A stretch of 64,000 bases of DNA, taken from NCBI GenBank assembly GCA_964344175.1, contig CAYFMI010000002.1:6350-70349 (forward strand), in the 5' to 3' direction. The position numbers and the translations under genes are program-made. The DNA is from an uncultured Anaerolineales bacterium. Lineage in GTDB: Bacteria; Chloroflexota; Anaerolineae; Anaerolineales; UBA11858. The notes below the pieces were generated by a model that was given only the letters and a program-made list of their open reading frames with translations, searched no databases and was not told where the DNA came from. Shown one piece after another: positions 52,240-61,895 of the stretch. The stretch's first letter is position 1. Each line of letters begins with the position of its first letter.

Positions 52240-53586
52240 TTAACGACCTGTTTCGCGCGCCTTTTGCTCGTTGACAAAGAAGAGTAAGATCATCCCAGTG
52301 AGCAGGAAGACAATCACCGGCAGAATAGCCACACGCTGACCAAGCTGCTCGGCAAAGGGCGCTCCCCCAGGGATATGGCGAAACCACAAAAAGGCAATCT
52401 GATCGCCCATCTTCTCAAAGTATAAGGCGGCTTCGGCGGCGACAATGCCGTAGATGGTTGGCCCAATGAAGGAGGATGTGCGCCCGGCCACGGCAAAGAA
52501 GCCGTAGAATTCGGCGCTGCGCCCCGGTGGAGCTAATATGCCCACCATGGCCCGGCTGACCGACTGCACCGCCGAAAGCGCCAACCCGGCGATCCCGCCG
52601 ATAATGTAGAAGCCGGTGATGCTTTCATTAATGAACAGTCCTAGCACGCCGGCGATCATCAGCCCGAGGAAAACCGTTAACGACATTTTTCCGCTAACGC
52701 GGTCGGCCAGCCAGCCGGAGACAAATGCACCAATCACGCTGGTGAACTGCACAATGATCATGAAGATAATGATCTGCTGCTGGTCGAGGCCAAACATCAC
52801 CGCCCCAAAGATGGCGGCGAAGTTAAGCGTCATCAAAATGCCGTCGTTATAAATTAAAAAGGCGATAATGTACTTGATGAACTCGCGGTACTCGCGCACC
52901 GTGCCGACCGTGTGACGCAGGCGTTTGAAGGCGACGCTGAATACGTTCTCTCCGGCGGGCAGCGGATTTGGCTCGGCACGCTCACGCAGCCATAGGAACA
53001 ACGGGGCGGCAAAGATGGCAAAATAAACCGCCGTGATGACCAACGAGAGCCGCACAATGAATGTGCCTTCGTTAAGCATCACCAATGCCAGCACAATGAA
53101 TAGACAGACAATGCCCCCCAGCAGGCCAATGGCCCAGCCATAGCCCGAGACGCGCCCCATTTCATCTTGCTCGGCAATTTCGGGTAAGAGCGAGTTATAA
53201 AAAACCTGTCCGCTGCGGTAGCCGATCTCGGCGATGATAAAGAAGAGCATGCCGATAAAAATATCGCCCTTTTCAACAAAGAAAAGCAACGCCGTTGCCA
53301 CAACGGCCACGCCGGTATAGAAGAGCAAGAAACGCTTTTTGTTGGCAGCATAGTCGGCAATCACGCCCAAGACCGGGGAGGTGATGGCGACAACCAGCAT
53401 GGCGATGCCCACCGAGATGCCCCACAACCGCGAGCCTTCTGCGCCGCCAACGACATGGCCTTTGAAATAAGCGGCATAGATTGCCAGGATGACTACGGCT
53501 GCATAAGCTGAGTTGCCAATATCGTAGGAATACCAGGCCCAGCGTTCTTTTTTTGTGGGGGGTGATTTTGTGGCGGTTGCTTGCAT
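52240..53586 (-). CDS. MFS transporter (UMF1 / Atg22-like family)
   Basis: Start set to ATG 53586 (AAGGAG SD). N-terminal WAWYSYDIGNSAYA is typical of UMF1. About 12 TM segments. Confidence 0.75.
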   Translation of the reverse strand: MQATATKSPPTKKERWAWYSYDIGNSAYAAVVILAIYAAYFKGHVVGGAEGSRLWGISVGIAMLVVAITSPVLGVIADYAANKKRFLLFYTGVAVVATALLFFVEKGDIFIGMLFFIIAEIGYRSGQVFYNSLLPEIAEQDEMGRVSGYGWAIGLLGGIVCLFIVLALVMLNEGTFIVRLSLVITAVYFAIFAAPLFLWLRERAEPNPLPAGENVFSVAFKRLRHTVGTVREYREFIKYIIAFLIYNDGILMTLNFAAIFGAVMFGLDQQQIIIFMIIVQFTSVIGAFVSGWLADRVSGKMSLTVFLGLMIAGVLGLFINESITGFYIIGGIAGLALSAVQSVSRAMVGILAPPGRSAEFYGFFAVAGRTSSFIGPTIYGIVAAEAALYFEKMGDQIAFLWFRHIPGGAPFAEQLGQRVAILPVIVFLLTGMILLFFVNEQKARETGR

Positions 53587-53738
53587 GGAAGAACTCCTTT
53601 GCCCTTGTTGTGACGTATAGCCTATAACCCCGGTTAGCTTCAAAAGCCACGCGAAAACTTAACCCAAAGACGCGAGGACGTAGGGAGAACACAATAATTC
53701 TCTACGACTCCGCGTCTGTGCAACTTTGTGTTTTAGTT

Positions 53739-54617
53739 CTATGAATACGTTACTTGCCCCTCTTGTACCACCATCTTGCGGCGGCGGTAGGCCCAGCACA
53801 TGTACGATACTGAGACAAAGTAGCTGGCCGGTAAGCGGTGCAGCCCTTTGATCTTCGTATCCAGCACGGTGGTGGCTCCGCCAAAGCCCATCGGCCCGAT
53901 GCCCATCTCGTTAGCCTGGGCGGTGATTTGCTTTTCGAGCGCGGCAATCTCCGGGTCGGGGTTGGCTTCGTCTATTTGACCGAGCAGGGCTTCTTTGGAG
54001 GCCAGGTACGAAGAGCCGCGATCCCCGCCAATGGACACGCCTAAGGACCCCGGCGCGCAGCCCTTTCCTTGCGCCTGATATACGGCATCCAGCACCACTT
54101 TGCGTACGCCCTCCAAATCGCGTCCGGCGCCGAGTTTGTTGTCCGGCAGCTTGTACTGCGCGCCGACATTTTCGCAGCCGCCGCCTTTGAGCATCAGTTC
54201 GATTGCCAGGGGTTGATCTTCATCGATTTCTTCAAAATGGATGGTAGGGTAGTGCTCGTCGCCGGAGTTGTCGCCGGTATTTTTTCCGCTGACTGCGTTG
54301 ACCGAGTTGGGGCGCAGGTACGCCTTTTGGGTGGCCTCTACCACCGCGGCCTGGATCTGCGCCCGGAGTTTACGCGTACTCCAGCCCTCGGGATAATGCA
54401 CGTAGAAGAGAGGCGTGCCGGTATCCTGGCAAATGGGCGTGGAATTGGCGCGGGCCATTTCTACGTTTTTGAGGATTGTATCGAACGCCCCTGCCGCTGC
54501 TGAACCGGGTTCTTCTTGCTCGAATGAAGCGCGCAACTTTTCTTCCACATCGGGGGGCAGGTTGGTTGCTGTCAGCCGCACTAATTCGAGAATGTCTTGG
54601 GTAAGATCAGGTTGCAT
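53739..54617 (-). CDS. Fe-S type hydro-lyase (class I fumarate hydratase / tartrate dehydratase), alpha subunit
   Basis: Start set to ATG 54617 (GGAGG SD). Motifs ICQDTGTPLFYV and KGGGCENV. Confidence 0.85.
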   Translation of the reverse strand: MQPDLTQDILELVRLTATNLPPDVEEKLRASFEQEEPGSAAAGAFDTILKNVEMARANSTPICQDTGTPLFYVHYPEGWSTRKLRAQIQAAVVEATQKAYLRPNSVNAVSGKNTGDNSGDEHYPTIHFEEIDEDQPLAIELMLKGGGCENVGAQYKLPDNKLGAGRDLEGVRKVVLDAVYQAQGKGCAPGSLGVSIGGDRGSSYLASKEALLGQIDEANPDPEIAALEKQITAQANEMGIGPMGFGGATTVLDTKIKGLHRLPASYFVSVSYMCWAYRRRKMVVQEGQVTYS

Positions 54618-54763
54618 GTTGAACCTCCGAAAATCAGGGGATAGCAGGTAGTATGGTATGGTATGGAATGAACCAATCCTATCATACCCTAAATTCGAGC
54701 CTGAAACGAGAGCCGATCCCCCCACTTCCGGCAGCCTTTTTCAACGCAATTTCCGAAATCTAC

Positions 54764-56956
54764 CTAATGTGCTAAGGGTGTTGCTTTTCCCAGCGCCTCG
54801 ACCAGGGCATCCACACTGACCGGTTTGCTGACATAATCATCCATGCCCGATGAGAGGTACTTTTCTCGGTCGCCTTCCAGGGCGTGGGCGGTCATGGCAA
54901 TAATATGGGGTTGCTGCTCTTGAGGCCAGCGTTCACGGATTTTTCGCATGGCCTGCTCGCCATCCATCTCGGGCATTTGGATATCCATCAGAATCACGTC
55001 GTAAGCCTGACTTTCGAGAGCCTTTAAAGCCTCGACACCGTTGCCGGCTACATCGGCCCGGTAGCCCAGGCGTTCGAGGAGCTTGAGCGCCACTTTTTGG
55101 TTAATCCTGTTATCTTCGGCCAATAAAATCCGCAGGGGGTGCTGTTCGCCCAGGGCAGCGCTGATACCCGCCGGTTTTTTGATCTCTTTTCGGGGGGCGG
55201 GTACAGCCGTAATGATGTCCGTCAGTACTTCGAACAGGTTGGATGTTCGTATTGGTTTGTTCAAAAACGCGGCAATTTTCACATCATCTGAGCGCGCTCT
55301 TTCGCGGATGATCGAGGAGAGAATAATCAGGGGGAAGGAGCTTTCAGGGTCGAGGGCGCGGATTTTCTTCGCCAGGGTAAAGCCATCCATCCCGGGCATT
55401 TGCATATCGAGAATAGCTATATCGAACTCGTCGCCACGTTCAAGCAGCGCCAGGGCCTCAGCTCCCGATTCCACCACGCTGGGTTCCATCTTCCACGATG
55501 TGGTTTGTTTGAGCAGAATTTTCCGGTTGGTGGCATTATCATCAACAATCAAGATCCTCTTCCCCAAAAGTTGAGGTTGGGCTGCTTCAAAATCGAGGGG
55601 TTTGGCATCTGTTTTCACATCCACCAAAATTGTAAAATGGAAAGTCGAGCCTTCACCCTCCACGCTCTCAACCCACATCGTCCCGCCCATGTTTTCGACC
55701 AGTTGCCTGCTAATTGCCAGGCCCAGCCCTGTGCCGCCATATTTGCGAGTTGTCGATGTATCCACCTGTGTAAAACTCTCGAAGAGTTTTTCAATTTTTT
55801 CCTCCGGGATGCCGATGCCAGTATCTCGGACGCTGAAACGCAGCTCATGCTTGTTATGCTCCACCAACCGGCTTGAGATCGTGATGATAATCTCGCCGTG
55901 TTCGGTGAATTTTATGGCATTATTCAAAAGGTTGACCAGAATCTGGCGCAGGCGCGTAACATCCCCAATCACGACAAAAGGCGTTCCCTCCTCGATAAAA
56001 TAGGCCAGGTCTAATAATTTTGCGGCAGCCTTTTCAGCCAGCAGGTCAAGTGTATCTTCTACACAGTTCCGCAAGCGGAAAGGTTGTTCCTCCAATTCCA
56101 TCTTTCCGGCTTCGATTTTTGAGAAATCTAGAATGTCATTAATGACCGAGAGGAGCGTGTCGCTGCCGCTGCGGATGGTCTCGATAAAATCTTGCTGCTC
56201 AGTGTTGAGGGGGGTGTCGAGCATCAGGCTGGTCATCCCATAGATAGCGTTCAACGGCGTGCGAATCTCATGGCTCATATTGGCAAGAAAATCCGCCTTT
56301 GCTTGGGCCGCCGCTTCTGCTTTCACTGTTGCACGCTCCAAAATCTGGATGGTTTTGGCTTTTTCGAGGATGAACAAGATGCCGAACACAAACAGCAGCG
56401 CGATGGCTACAATCTTTGTGACACTATCGTGGATCATTAACGCGCCGCCAAACAGCGGGCTTGGGAGTAGAGCCTCCGAAAGGGTGAAGAAAACGAATAG
56501 GACCATTTCGGAAATTATGGCAACGGTCCAGATCACCGCCCAGCGAGTACTCAAAAGCAATACGGCCAAAACGGGTAAATGTGTATTCCACCATAATGAT
56601 GCGGAATGGATGCCGCCAAGATAAACCGCAGAATAAGCCACCAGCACGGCGTAGATCAGCAATAAGAAATTGGCAGCGATGTTGACGTTTTTCGTTTTCC
56701 GAAACCAGAAAAAACAAGCAACAGCCAGCAAACCGGTCACGAAGGTCCCCAGCCCAATTTGCGGAATCCCCAGGTAAAAATAGATTGTAGCGAAAACGGG
56801 AACGAATAGAACCAGCGACAGGATCGCCAGGTTCAGGCGCTTGATCTGGTAAAGCTCCAGCGAATCATCATCGGGTGGTAAACCGGAGCAAACCAGGTCG
56901 TTTGCAAATGTCTTTAGCGCGCTGTGGAGTTTTGTGATGATCGTCATTATCAACAA
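54764..56956 (-). CDS. Hybrid sensor histidine kinase with membrane N-terminus and two receiver domains
   Basis: About six N-terminal TM segments. H-box MSHEIRTPLNAI, HATPase motifs NNAIKFT, DTGIGI and GGTGLGLAI. Receivers: ILIVDDN...DIAILDMQMPGMDG and ILLAEDN...DVILMDIQMPEMDG. Confidence 0.92.
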   Translation of the reverse strand: MLIMTIITKLHSALKTFANDLVCSGLPPDDDSLELYQIKRLNLAILSLVLFVPVFATIYFYLGIPQIGLGTFVTGLLAVACFFWFRKTKNVNIAANFLLLIYAVLVAYSAVYLGGIHSASLWWNTHLPVLAVLLLSTRWAVIWTVAIISEMVLFVFFTLSEALLPSPLFGGALMIHDSVTKIVAIALLFVFGILFILEKAKTIQILERATVKAEAAAQAKADFLANMSHEIRTPLNAIYGMTSLMLDTPLNTEQQDFIETIRSGSDTLLSVINDILDFSKIEAGKMELEEQPFRLRNCVEDTLDLLAEKAAAKLLDLAYFIEEGTPFVVIGDVTRLRQILVNLLNNAIKFTEHGEIIITISSRLVEHNKHELRFSVRDTGIGIPEEKIEKLFESFTQVDTSTTRKYGGTGLGLAISRQLVENMGGTMWVESVEGEGSTFHFTILVDVKTDAKPLDFEAAQPQLLGKRILIVDDNATNRKILLKQTTSWKMEPSVVESGAEALALLERGDEFDIAILDMQMPGMDGFTLAKKIRALDPESSFPLIILSSIIRERARSDDVKIAAFLNKPIRTSNLFEVLTDIITAVPAPRKEIKKPAGISAALGEQHPLRILLAEDNRINQKVALKLLERLGYRADVAGNGVEALKALESQAYDVILMDIQMPEMDGEQAMRKIRERWPQEQQPHIIAMTAHALEGDREKYLSSGMDDYVSKPVSVDALVEALGKATPLAH

Positions 56957-57128
56957 GGCTCCTATTCTGTTCTCATGGCATACACAGCCTATGGATGGGG
57001 TCCCCCCGGCAGGAGAGTTGTACCCCTTTTTCGTTTTGGTCGGTGAAGTGCGTAAGCCCTAATCTATCTGGGTTTGTCACTTTAAATAGTTTACCATGTG
57101 GAATGGTGTTCGATCTAGTTTTTCGACT

Positions 57129-57187
57129 GGCTCTTTGGGAACTGCCATGAGAAACCCCGCATTTGGGGTAGGGGGCGTGCTCCGCAC
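57129..57187. repeat. Dispersed repeat copy 2 (related to 13609..13672)
   Basis: GGCTCTTTGGGAACTGCC is the exact reverse complement of 13655..13672. It is followed by CCGCATTTGGGGTAGGGGGCGTGCTCCGCAC, which is nearly identical to 13609..13640. The right hairpin arm is missing here. Confidence 0.65.
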
Positions 57188-57339
57188 AGACAGATTGTGG
57201 GGTGATATGCTGTCTTTGCCTCACAAAACGATGGTGTCGAAACCAATCATGCCAGCAAAGCAAGTCTCGATACGGCCTAACGGTCTACCCGACCCATATT
57301 TGTTGAATACGCGCGTGCGCGGGCAGTCAGGTTTTTCTT

Positions 57340-57401
57340 GGTGCAACGCGCTTGTTTTTGCTCTTTTTGTGCCGCGCGCAATGTGCGAAGTGCGTTGCAC
57401 C
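57340..57401. repeat. Long-loop hairpin, second member of the 49542..49610 family
   Basis: GGTGCAACGCGCTT ... AAGTGCGTTGCACC, a stem of about 14 bp including a G-U pair. Lies immediately downstream of the stop at 57416. Confidence 0.55.
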
Positions 57402-57415
57402 TACTTTCTGGCTTT

Positions 57416-58417
57416 TTAGAGCGCCAACACAATGCGCCCCTTCACCGCCGCCTGCTCGATCAATTCATGTGCCTGGGCAGCATCTTCCAACTTCATGCGT
57501 CGCTCAATGGCCGGTTTGATTTTGCCCGCTGACAGCAAAATAAAGAGCGCGGCTAAATCTTCTTTGAACCAATCGGGGTGTTTTGCACGCATCCCGCCAA
57601 TCGAGTAAAAAGCGGTCTTGCGGCCATTAGGCAGGATATTCCACATAGCGACTTTCACGTAATCCATCGGCACGCTGCCGCCCTTGCCCATCGCGTCATC
57701 GTAGAAGCCGTAAGGAACCAGAATGCCGCCCACCCGCAACGACTTGAACGAACGTTTGAAATTGTCGCCGCCGATAAAGTCAAAAGCCGCATCTACGCCG
57801 CCGATGGCTTGCATTTTGGCGAGGAAGTCTTCGCTGGCGTAGTCGATGTGTGTTGCGCCCAATCCTTCGACAAGTTCGCGTTTGGAGGCTGAAGCCGTAC
57901 CGTACATCTCCAGGTCGAGCAGCGAGCCGAGTTGCAGCAAAGCTGTGCCGACTGCCCCGCCCGCGCCGTGGACGAGGATCCGCTGGCCGGGCTGCACTTT
58001 GGCGAGGCGGTGCAGCAGTTGATAGGCGGTGACGTAGGAAAGCACCATGCTGACCGCTTCGGCGGGATCCAGCCCCGGGGGAACTGCGACCAAGCCCGAG
58101 GTGGGTCGCAATAGGTATTGACTGTACGCGCCCCAGACGGTCAAATCGGCAACCATCTGCCCGATTTCAAATCCTTCTACACTTTCTCCAATTTCATCCA
58201 CCACGCCGACCATGTCGTAGCCGGGCGAGAGGGGCGGGGTTTCCTTGAAGCCATAGTAGATGCCCTTGCGGATCAGGGTATCGGTGAAGGTAGCGCTGGC
58301 GGCCAGAACTTTGACGCGCACTTCGCCCGCCCCCGGTTTGGGCAGGGTATTTTCGGTGACGACCTGCAAAACTTCAGGGCCGCCGAATTCGTTTAAGATT
58401 ACTTTTTTGTAGCTCAT
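57416..58417 (-). CDS. Medium-chain dehydrogenase/reductase, quinone oxidoreductase-like (VAT-1-like)
   Basis: GroES-like N-terminus (GEVRVKVLAASATFTD) and Rossmann motif VHGAGGAVGTALLQL. 333 aa. Confidence 0.85.
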   Translation of the reverse strand: MSYKKVILNEFGGPEVLQVVTENTLPKPGAGEVRVKVLAASATFTDTLIRKGIYYGFKETPPLSPGYDMVGVVDEIGESVEGFEIGQMVADLTVWGAYSQYLLRPTSGLVAVPPGLDPAEAVSMVLSYVTAYQLLHRLAKVQPGQRILVHGAGGAVGTALLQLGSLLDLEMYGTASASKRELVEGLGATHIDYASEDFLAKMQAIGGVDAAFDFIGGDNFKRSFKSLRVGGILVPYGFYDDAMGKGGSVPMDYVKVAMWNILPNGRKTAFYSIGGMRAKHPDWFKEDLAALFILLSAGKIKPAIERRMKLEDAAQAHELIEQAAVKGRIVLAL

Positions 58418-58419
58418 CG

Positions 58420-59097
58420 TTATATTCTCCTATTCTCAATTTCCCAGGCATGATCCAGGGTGTGCCAGGCCACCCGGCGGGTGAAAAAGCGCGGCGTCCA
58501 GATAGCCCCGCCGCGCGGGCCTTTTTCGGGCAGGCCGTTCTCAACGGCGTTGGTTAGGGCGTCTAAAACCGCGCCCCTGATACCCTTCATCTGTTCACCC
58601 AAACTCAGTTCTTTGTTGAGGCGATATTTCCAGGCCACGCGGGGCAGGTAGCTGCGGTCGCCGTCGATGACGTGCTGCCGGATGCGTTCTAAATCCCGGC
58701 CCCCACCGCGCGGGCCTTTGCGCAGTTCCACCCCGGCGGCATCTTCAGCGGCTTTGTCGAAGGCAGCCCAGCAGGCCTTCAGGATGGCGCGCAGCCTTGT
58801 GAGTTCGTCCGGCATGATGGAAATTGCGTCATTCTTCGGGAAGGCGGAGGGCGCGCCGAAGTCGGTGGTGGCGTCCCCGGGGAGCCGCTCAACGATTTCG
58901 AATGGTTCTACGCTGTCAGGCGCAGCGAAAGATAACCCTGCGGTGTTCATCACCGCGGCGTAGCGCGCCCCATAGTCAAGCAGATTTTGCAGGGCGGCGT
59001 CTTCGCTTTTTCCCCAGCGCGCCCAGCCCGGCCAATCGAGGGCCACCGCAAAGGTTTTGCGTTTGCCGGTTTCGAGGTAAATTTGAAGTGGTTTCAT
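58420..59097 (-). CDS. Hypothetical protein, possibly DinB-like helical-bundle C-terminal domain
   Basis: Start set to ATG 59097 (AAGGA SD). C-terminal VAWHTLDHAWEIENR resembles DinB-superfamily His motifs. Stop is 2 nt from the next gene's start. Confidence 0.4.
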   Translation of the reverse strand: MKPLQIYLETGKRKTFAVALDWPGWARWGKSEDAALQNLLDYGARYAAVMNTAGLSFAAPDSVEPFEIVERLPGDATTDFGAPSAFPKNDAISIMPDELTRLRAILKACWAAFDKAAEDAAGVELRKGPRGGGRDLERIRQHVIDGDRSYLPRVAWKYRLNKELSLGEQMKGIRGAVLDALTNAVENGLPEKGPRGGAIWTPRFFTRRVAWHTLDHAWEIENRRI

Positions 59098-59126
59098 CAA
59101 TGGTTGCATCCTTAATTTTGTGATAT

Positions 59127-59168
59127 TTGATTGCAAATTGCATCCAATTCATAGTATAATGCAATCAA
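59127..59168 (+). promoter_or_regulatory. Promoter with flanking inverted repeat (probable autoregulatory operator) for dinJ-yafQ
   Basis: TTGCAA (59131..59136), an 18-nt spacer, then TATAAT (59155..59160). The 9-bp inverted repeat TTGATTGCA (59127..59135) / TGCAATCAA (59160..59168) brackets it. Confidence 0.55.
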
Positions 59169-59199
59169 TTGATATTATATATTTCTCAGGAGCATAGTT

Positions 59200-59460
59200 A
59201 TGTCGAATATCACCGTACAGGCCCGCATCCCCCCTGAACTGAAAGAAGAGGCCGAATCTGTTTTGTCTTCTATCGGTATGACCACGGCGGAAGCCATTCG
59301 AGTTTTCTTGAAACAGGTTGTCAACAGCGGCGGTCTACCATTTCAACCGACTGCTAAAGTTCCTAACGCCGAAACCCTGGCTGCCATGATGGAGTTGGAA
59401 CAAGGCGGGGGGCAGGTGTTCCAATCAACAGACGAGTTGTTCACCGATTGGAAAGCGTAA
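59200..59460 (+). CDS. dinJ: Type II antitoxin, RelB/DinJ family
   Basis: 86 aa. ITVQARIPPELKEEAESVLSSIGMTTAEAIRVFLKQVV is a typical DinJ ribbon-helix-helix N-terminus. AGGAG SD. Confidence 0.88.
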   Translation: MSNITVQARIPPELKEEAESVLSSIGMTTAEAIRVFLKQVVNSGGLPFQPTAKVPNAETLAAMMELEQGGGQVFQSTDELFTDWKA

Positions 59461-59463
59461 CCC

Positions 59464-59736
59464 GTGTCGCGATCAATCCGGCAATCCACCAGGTTTCGGC
59501 GCGACGTGAAACGCTTACAACGGCAAAGAAAAGACTTGAGCAAGTTGGAATATGTGGTCGCGGTACTGGTTTCTGCAGAGCCTCTGGACGAGCAATATCG
59601 GGATCATGTTCTCGTAGGAAATTGGCGAGGGTTTCGAGAATGTCATATCCAACCCGATTGGTTGCTTATCTACCGTGTCGAGGGGAATGAATTGCAACTG
59701 GCGAGAACTGGCAGTCATTCCGAATTATTTGGATGA
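59464..59736 (+). CDS. yafQ: Type II toxin, YafQ-family mRNA interferase
   Basis: GTG start 3 nt after the dinJ stop. Motifs FRRDVKRL, GNWRGFRECHIQPDWLLIY and LARTGSHSELF. Confidence 0.88.
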   Translation: MSRSIRQSTRFRRDVKRLQRQRKDLSKLEYVVAVLVSAEPLDEQYRDHVLVGNWRGFRECHIQPDWLLIYRVEGNELQLARTGSHSELFG

Positions 59737-60783
59737 TATTGATCCAACCTGCGAATAAAATGCCTGCCATTCTGCCCGGTAACTGGCTTTTTCTTCTTCG
59801 CTAAGGAAGCTGGCCTCCAACGTATTGCGATTCAGCTGCCACAACTCATCCCACGAGAAACCCTGGCGCGCCAGCAGCAGATATTCGCTGGTCAGGTCGG
59901 TGGAGAACATAGGCGGGTCATCGCTGTTGACGGTGCAGTAAACTCCAGCATCCACCAGGGCGCGGATTTGGTGCGGTTGGCCGAAAGGCGTGACTTTGAG
60001 CCGGTAGTTGCTATACGGGTTCACTTCGAGGGGGATTTGAGTTTCCGCTAAGTGTTCGAGCAATTGGGGGTCTTCGACAGCGCGCACGCCATGCCCGATG
60101 CGTTCAGCCTTCAAGTTGTTGAGCGCGCCCCAAACGCTTGCTGCGCCCACAGTTTCGCCGGCGTGCGCCACCACGCGGATTCCCTGGCGGCGGGCTTCGT
60201 CATAAACATCAGTAAACAACTCCGGGGGGAAGCCGACTTCTGGGCCGCCCAACCCCAAACCCAGGAAAATACCCTGTTCGTGGCCCGCCAGCACAAAATC
60301 CAGCACTTTATGACGCGTGTGCGGCTCGTGCCGGGCCACATCGGGGATGAAGCGCAGCTTGATACCATGTTTCTCTTCACCGCGCTTGGCTCCTTCGGAT
60401 AGCGCGGCGAGGATCTCATCCCACGGAAATTTATCTACCATATAGGTGGCGCTCAAAAAGGCTTCGCAGTAGCGCACATTTTGCTGCGCCTGATTAGCGA
60501 GAAAGCGATCGACCATAAAGGCAAAATCATCCGGCGTTTGCATGCACTCGGTAGCTTGTAAATAGATTTCGATAAAGTGATCGAAGTCTCGGAATTCATA
60601 CATGGCCTGCCATTCTTCCAATGTCGCGGCGGGGAGTTTAACCTTATTGCGCTGCGCCAGTTCCCAAACGGTGGCTGCGTCGGTGGCCCCTTCCAGGTGG
60701 ACGTGTATTTCAACCTTGGGCATCTCCCAAAGGCGTCGCTCCAATTCGGCAGAGATGGGTGTGTTTTCGTAGATATTGCTCAT
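59725..60783 (-). CDS. add: Adenosine deaminase
   Basis: Motifs KVEIHVHLEGA, HAGE and TVNSDDPPMF. 352 aa. The 3' end overlaps the yafQ 3' end by 12 nt (convergent). Confidence 0.92.
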   Translation of the reverse strand: MSNIYENTPISAELERRLWEMPKVEIHVHLEGATDAATVWELAQRNKVKLPAATLEEWQAMYEFRDFDHFIEIYLQATECMQTPDDFAFMVDRFLANQAQQNVRYCEAFLSATYMVDKFPWDEILAALSEGAKRGEEKHGIKLRFIPDVARHEPHTRHKVLDFVLAGHEQGIFLGLGLGGPEVGFPPELFTDVYDEARRQGIRVVAHAGETVGAASVWGALNNLKAERIGHGVRAVEDPQLLEHLAETQIPLEVNPYSNYRLKVTPFGQPHQIRALVDAGVYCTVNSDDPPMFSTDLTSEYLLLARQGFSWDELWQLNRNTLEASFLSEEEKASYRAEWQAFYSQVGSISSK

Positions 60784-60802
60784 TAAAACTCCAGAACCTT
60801 GG

Positions 60803-61882
60803 CTATGTCAATTTACGCATCACCCATTCAAGGGGACCGCGTTTGTAGCGTTGCCGCCAAAAATGAGCAAACACGACCGAAAGGAATGAAAAAATGATGC
60901 CCGTGGCAGCGGCGAAGGATAAACTTTGGTTTTCCAGCCGCCCGATTGTTTCGAGAAAGCCCATCCCGATCACGACGTGCGCCACGTAGAGGGTCAGCGC
61001 CAATTGCCCGGTGTGGACGAGCGGCGGGATCCATTTAGCGTCGGGGCGGCGCAGGGTGATCTCGAGGCAGAGCAAGATGACAACAAGAGCGGTCGCCGTC
61101 CCAGCGATGATGTAGAGGGGCATCGGCGGCATCGGGGCTGTGTCCAGAAGCAGTTCGAGTTCCCCTTTCCAAAATAAAGCTGAAAAGGCTTCGGTGATGG
61201 CAGCCACAGAAAAACTGATGATGAGCAATTTCCTGCGAAAATCGGCATTGAGCAAGTTCTGCCGCCCCAGCCACATGCCGACGAGCATAAACGCCAGCCA
61301 GGGGATGACGGGATGAAATCCGTTGAAGAAGATATGGCGCAGCATGCCCTGCCAAGTCCAGAAATCGGCGTAGGTGAGTGTCGTCCAATCCCAGGCGCCT
61401 TCATAATCGAAAAACGCTGTCAAAACCAGAAAGGCGATGGGCAATAAGGCGGAGATCGTTAGAAGTTGGCGGTCGCTGGCTGTCAGGAGCAGGGCAGCGA
61501 TGGCAATGTAGACGCCATAAAAATGCAGGATGTCGGCGGGCCAGATGGGGATATACGCCAAGCCGACGATGAAAAGGAAGAGCGCCCGCTTCAGCAGTGT
61601 GATGCGGTTCGCGCGGATTTTGGCTTGGTCGCCGCTTTCTCGCCCTTTTCTGGAGAGTAGCGACAAGCCCACCCCCGCCAACACGACGAAGGTCGCGGCA
61701 GCCCGACCATCGAGCAGCCCCATCAGCCACTCCAGCCAGGCGGAGCCAGTTCCCTTGGCGTTCATCACGACCTTGAAGTTGACCAATACCATCCCAAAGA
61801 TCGCCAGCGAACGAGCCAAGTCGAAACCGACGATGCGGGTTTTCTTTTGCACTATGGCGCTTTCTTCTTTTTTGATTTGCAT
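60803..61882 (-). CDS. DUF418/DUF1624-type membrane protein (YeiB-like)
   Basis: RIVGFDLARSLAIFGMVLVNF at the N-terminus, polytopic, and C-terminal RGPLEWVMRKLT typical of DUF418. Confidence 0.75.
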   Translation of the reverse strand: MQIKKEESAIVQKKTRIVGFDLARSLAIFGMVLVNFKVVMNAKGTGSAWLEWLMGLLDGRAAATFVVLAGVGLSLLSRKGRESGDQAKIRANRITLLKRALFLFIVGLAYIPIWPADILHFYGVYIAIAALLLTASDRQLLTISALLPIAFLVLTAFFDYEGAWDWTTLTYADFWTWQGMLRHIFFNGFHPVIPWLAFMLVGMWLGRQNLLNADFRRKLLIISFSVAAITEAFSALFWKGELELLLDTAPMPPMPLYIIAGTATALVVILLCLEITLRRPDAKWIPPLVHTGQLALTLYVAHVVIGMGFLETIGRLENQSLSFAAATGIIFSFLSVVFAHFWRQRYKRGPLEWVMRKLT

Positions 61883-61895
61883 GATTTCTCCGTTT

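Noticed and set aside
57096-57419. 107-aa plus-strand ORF filling the 459-bp spacer between the hybrid kinase and the oxidoreductase.
   Set aside because: It is built from the two repeat elements (57129..57187 and 57340..57401), has no SD, and ends inside the convergent gene's stop region.
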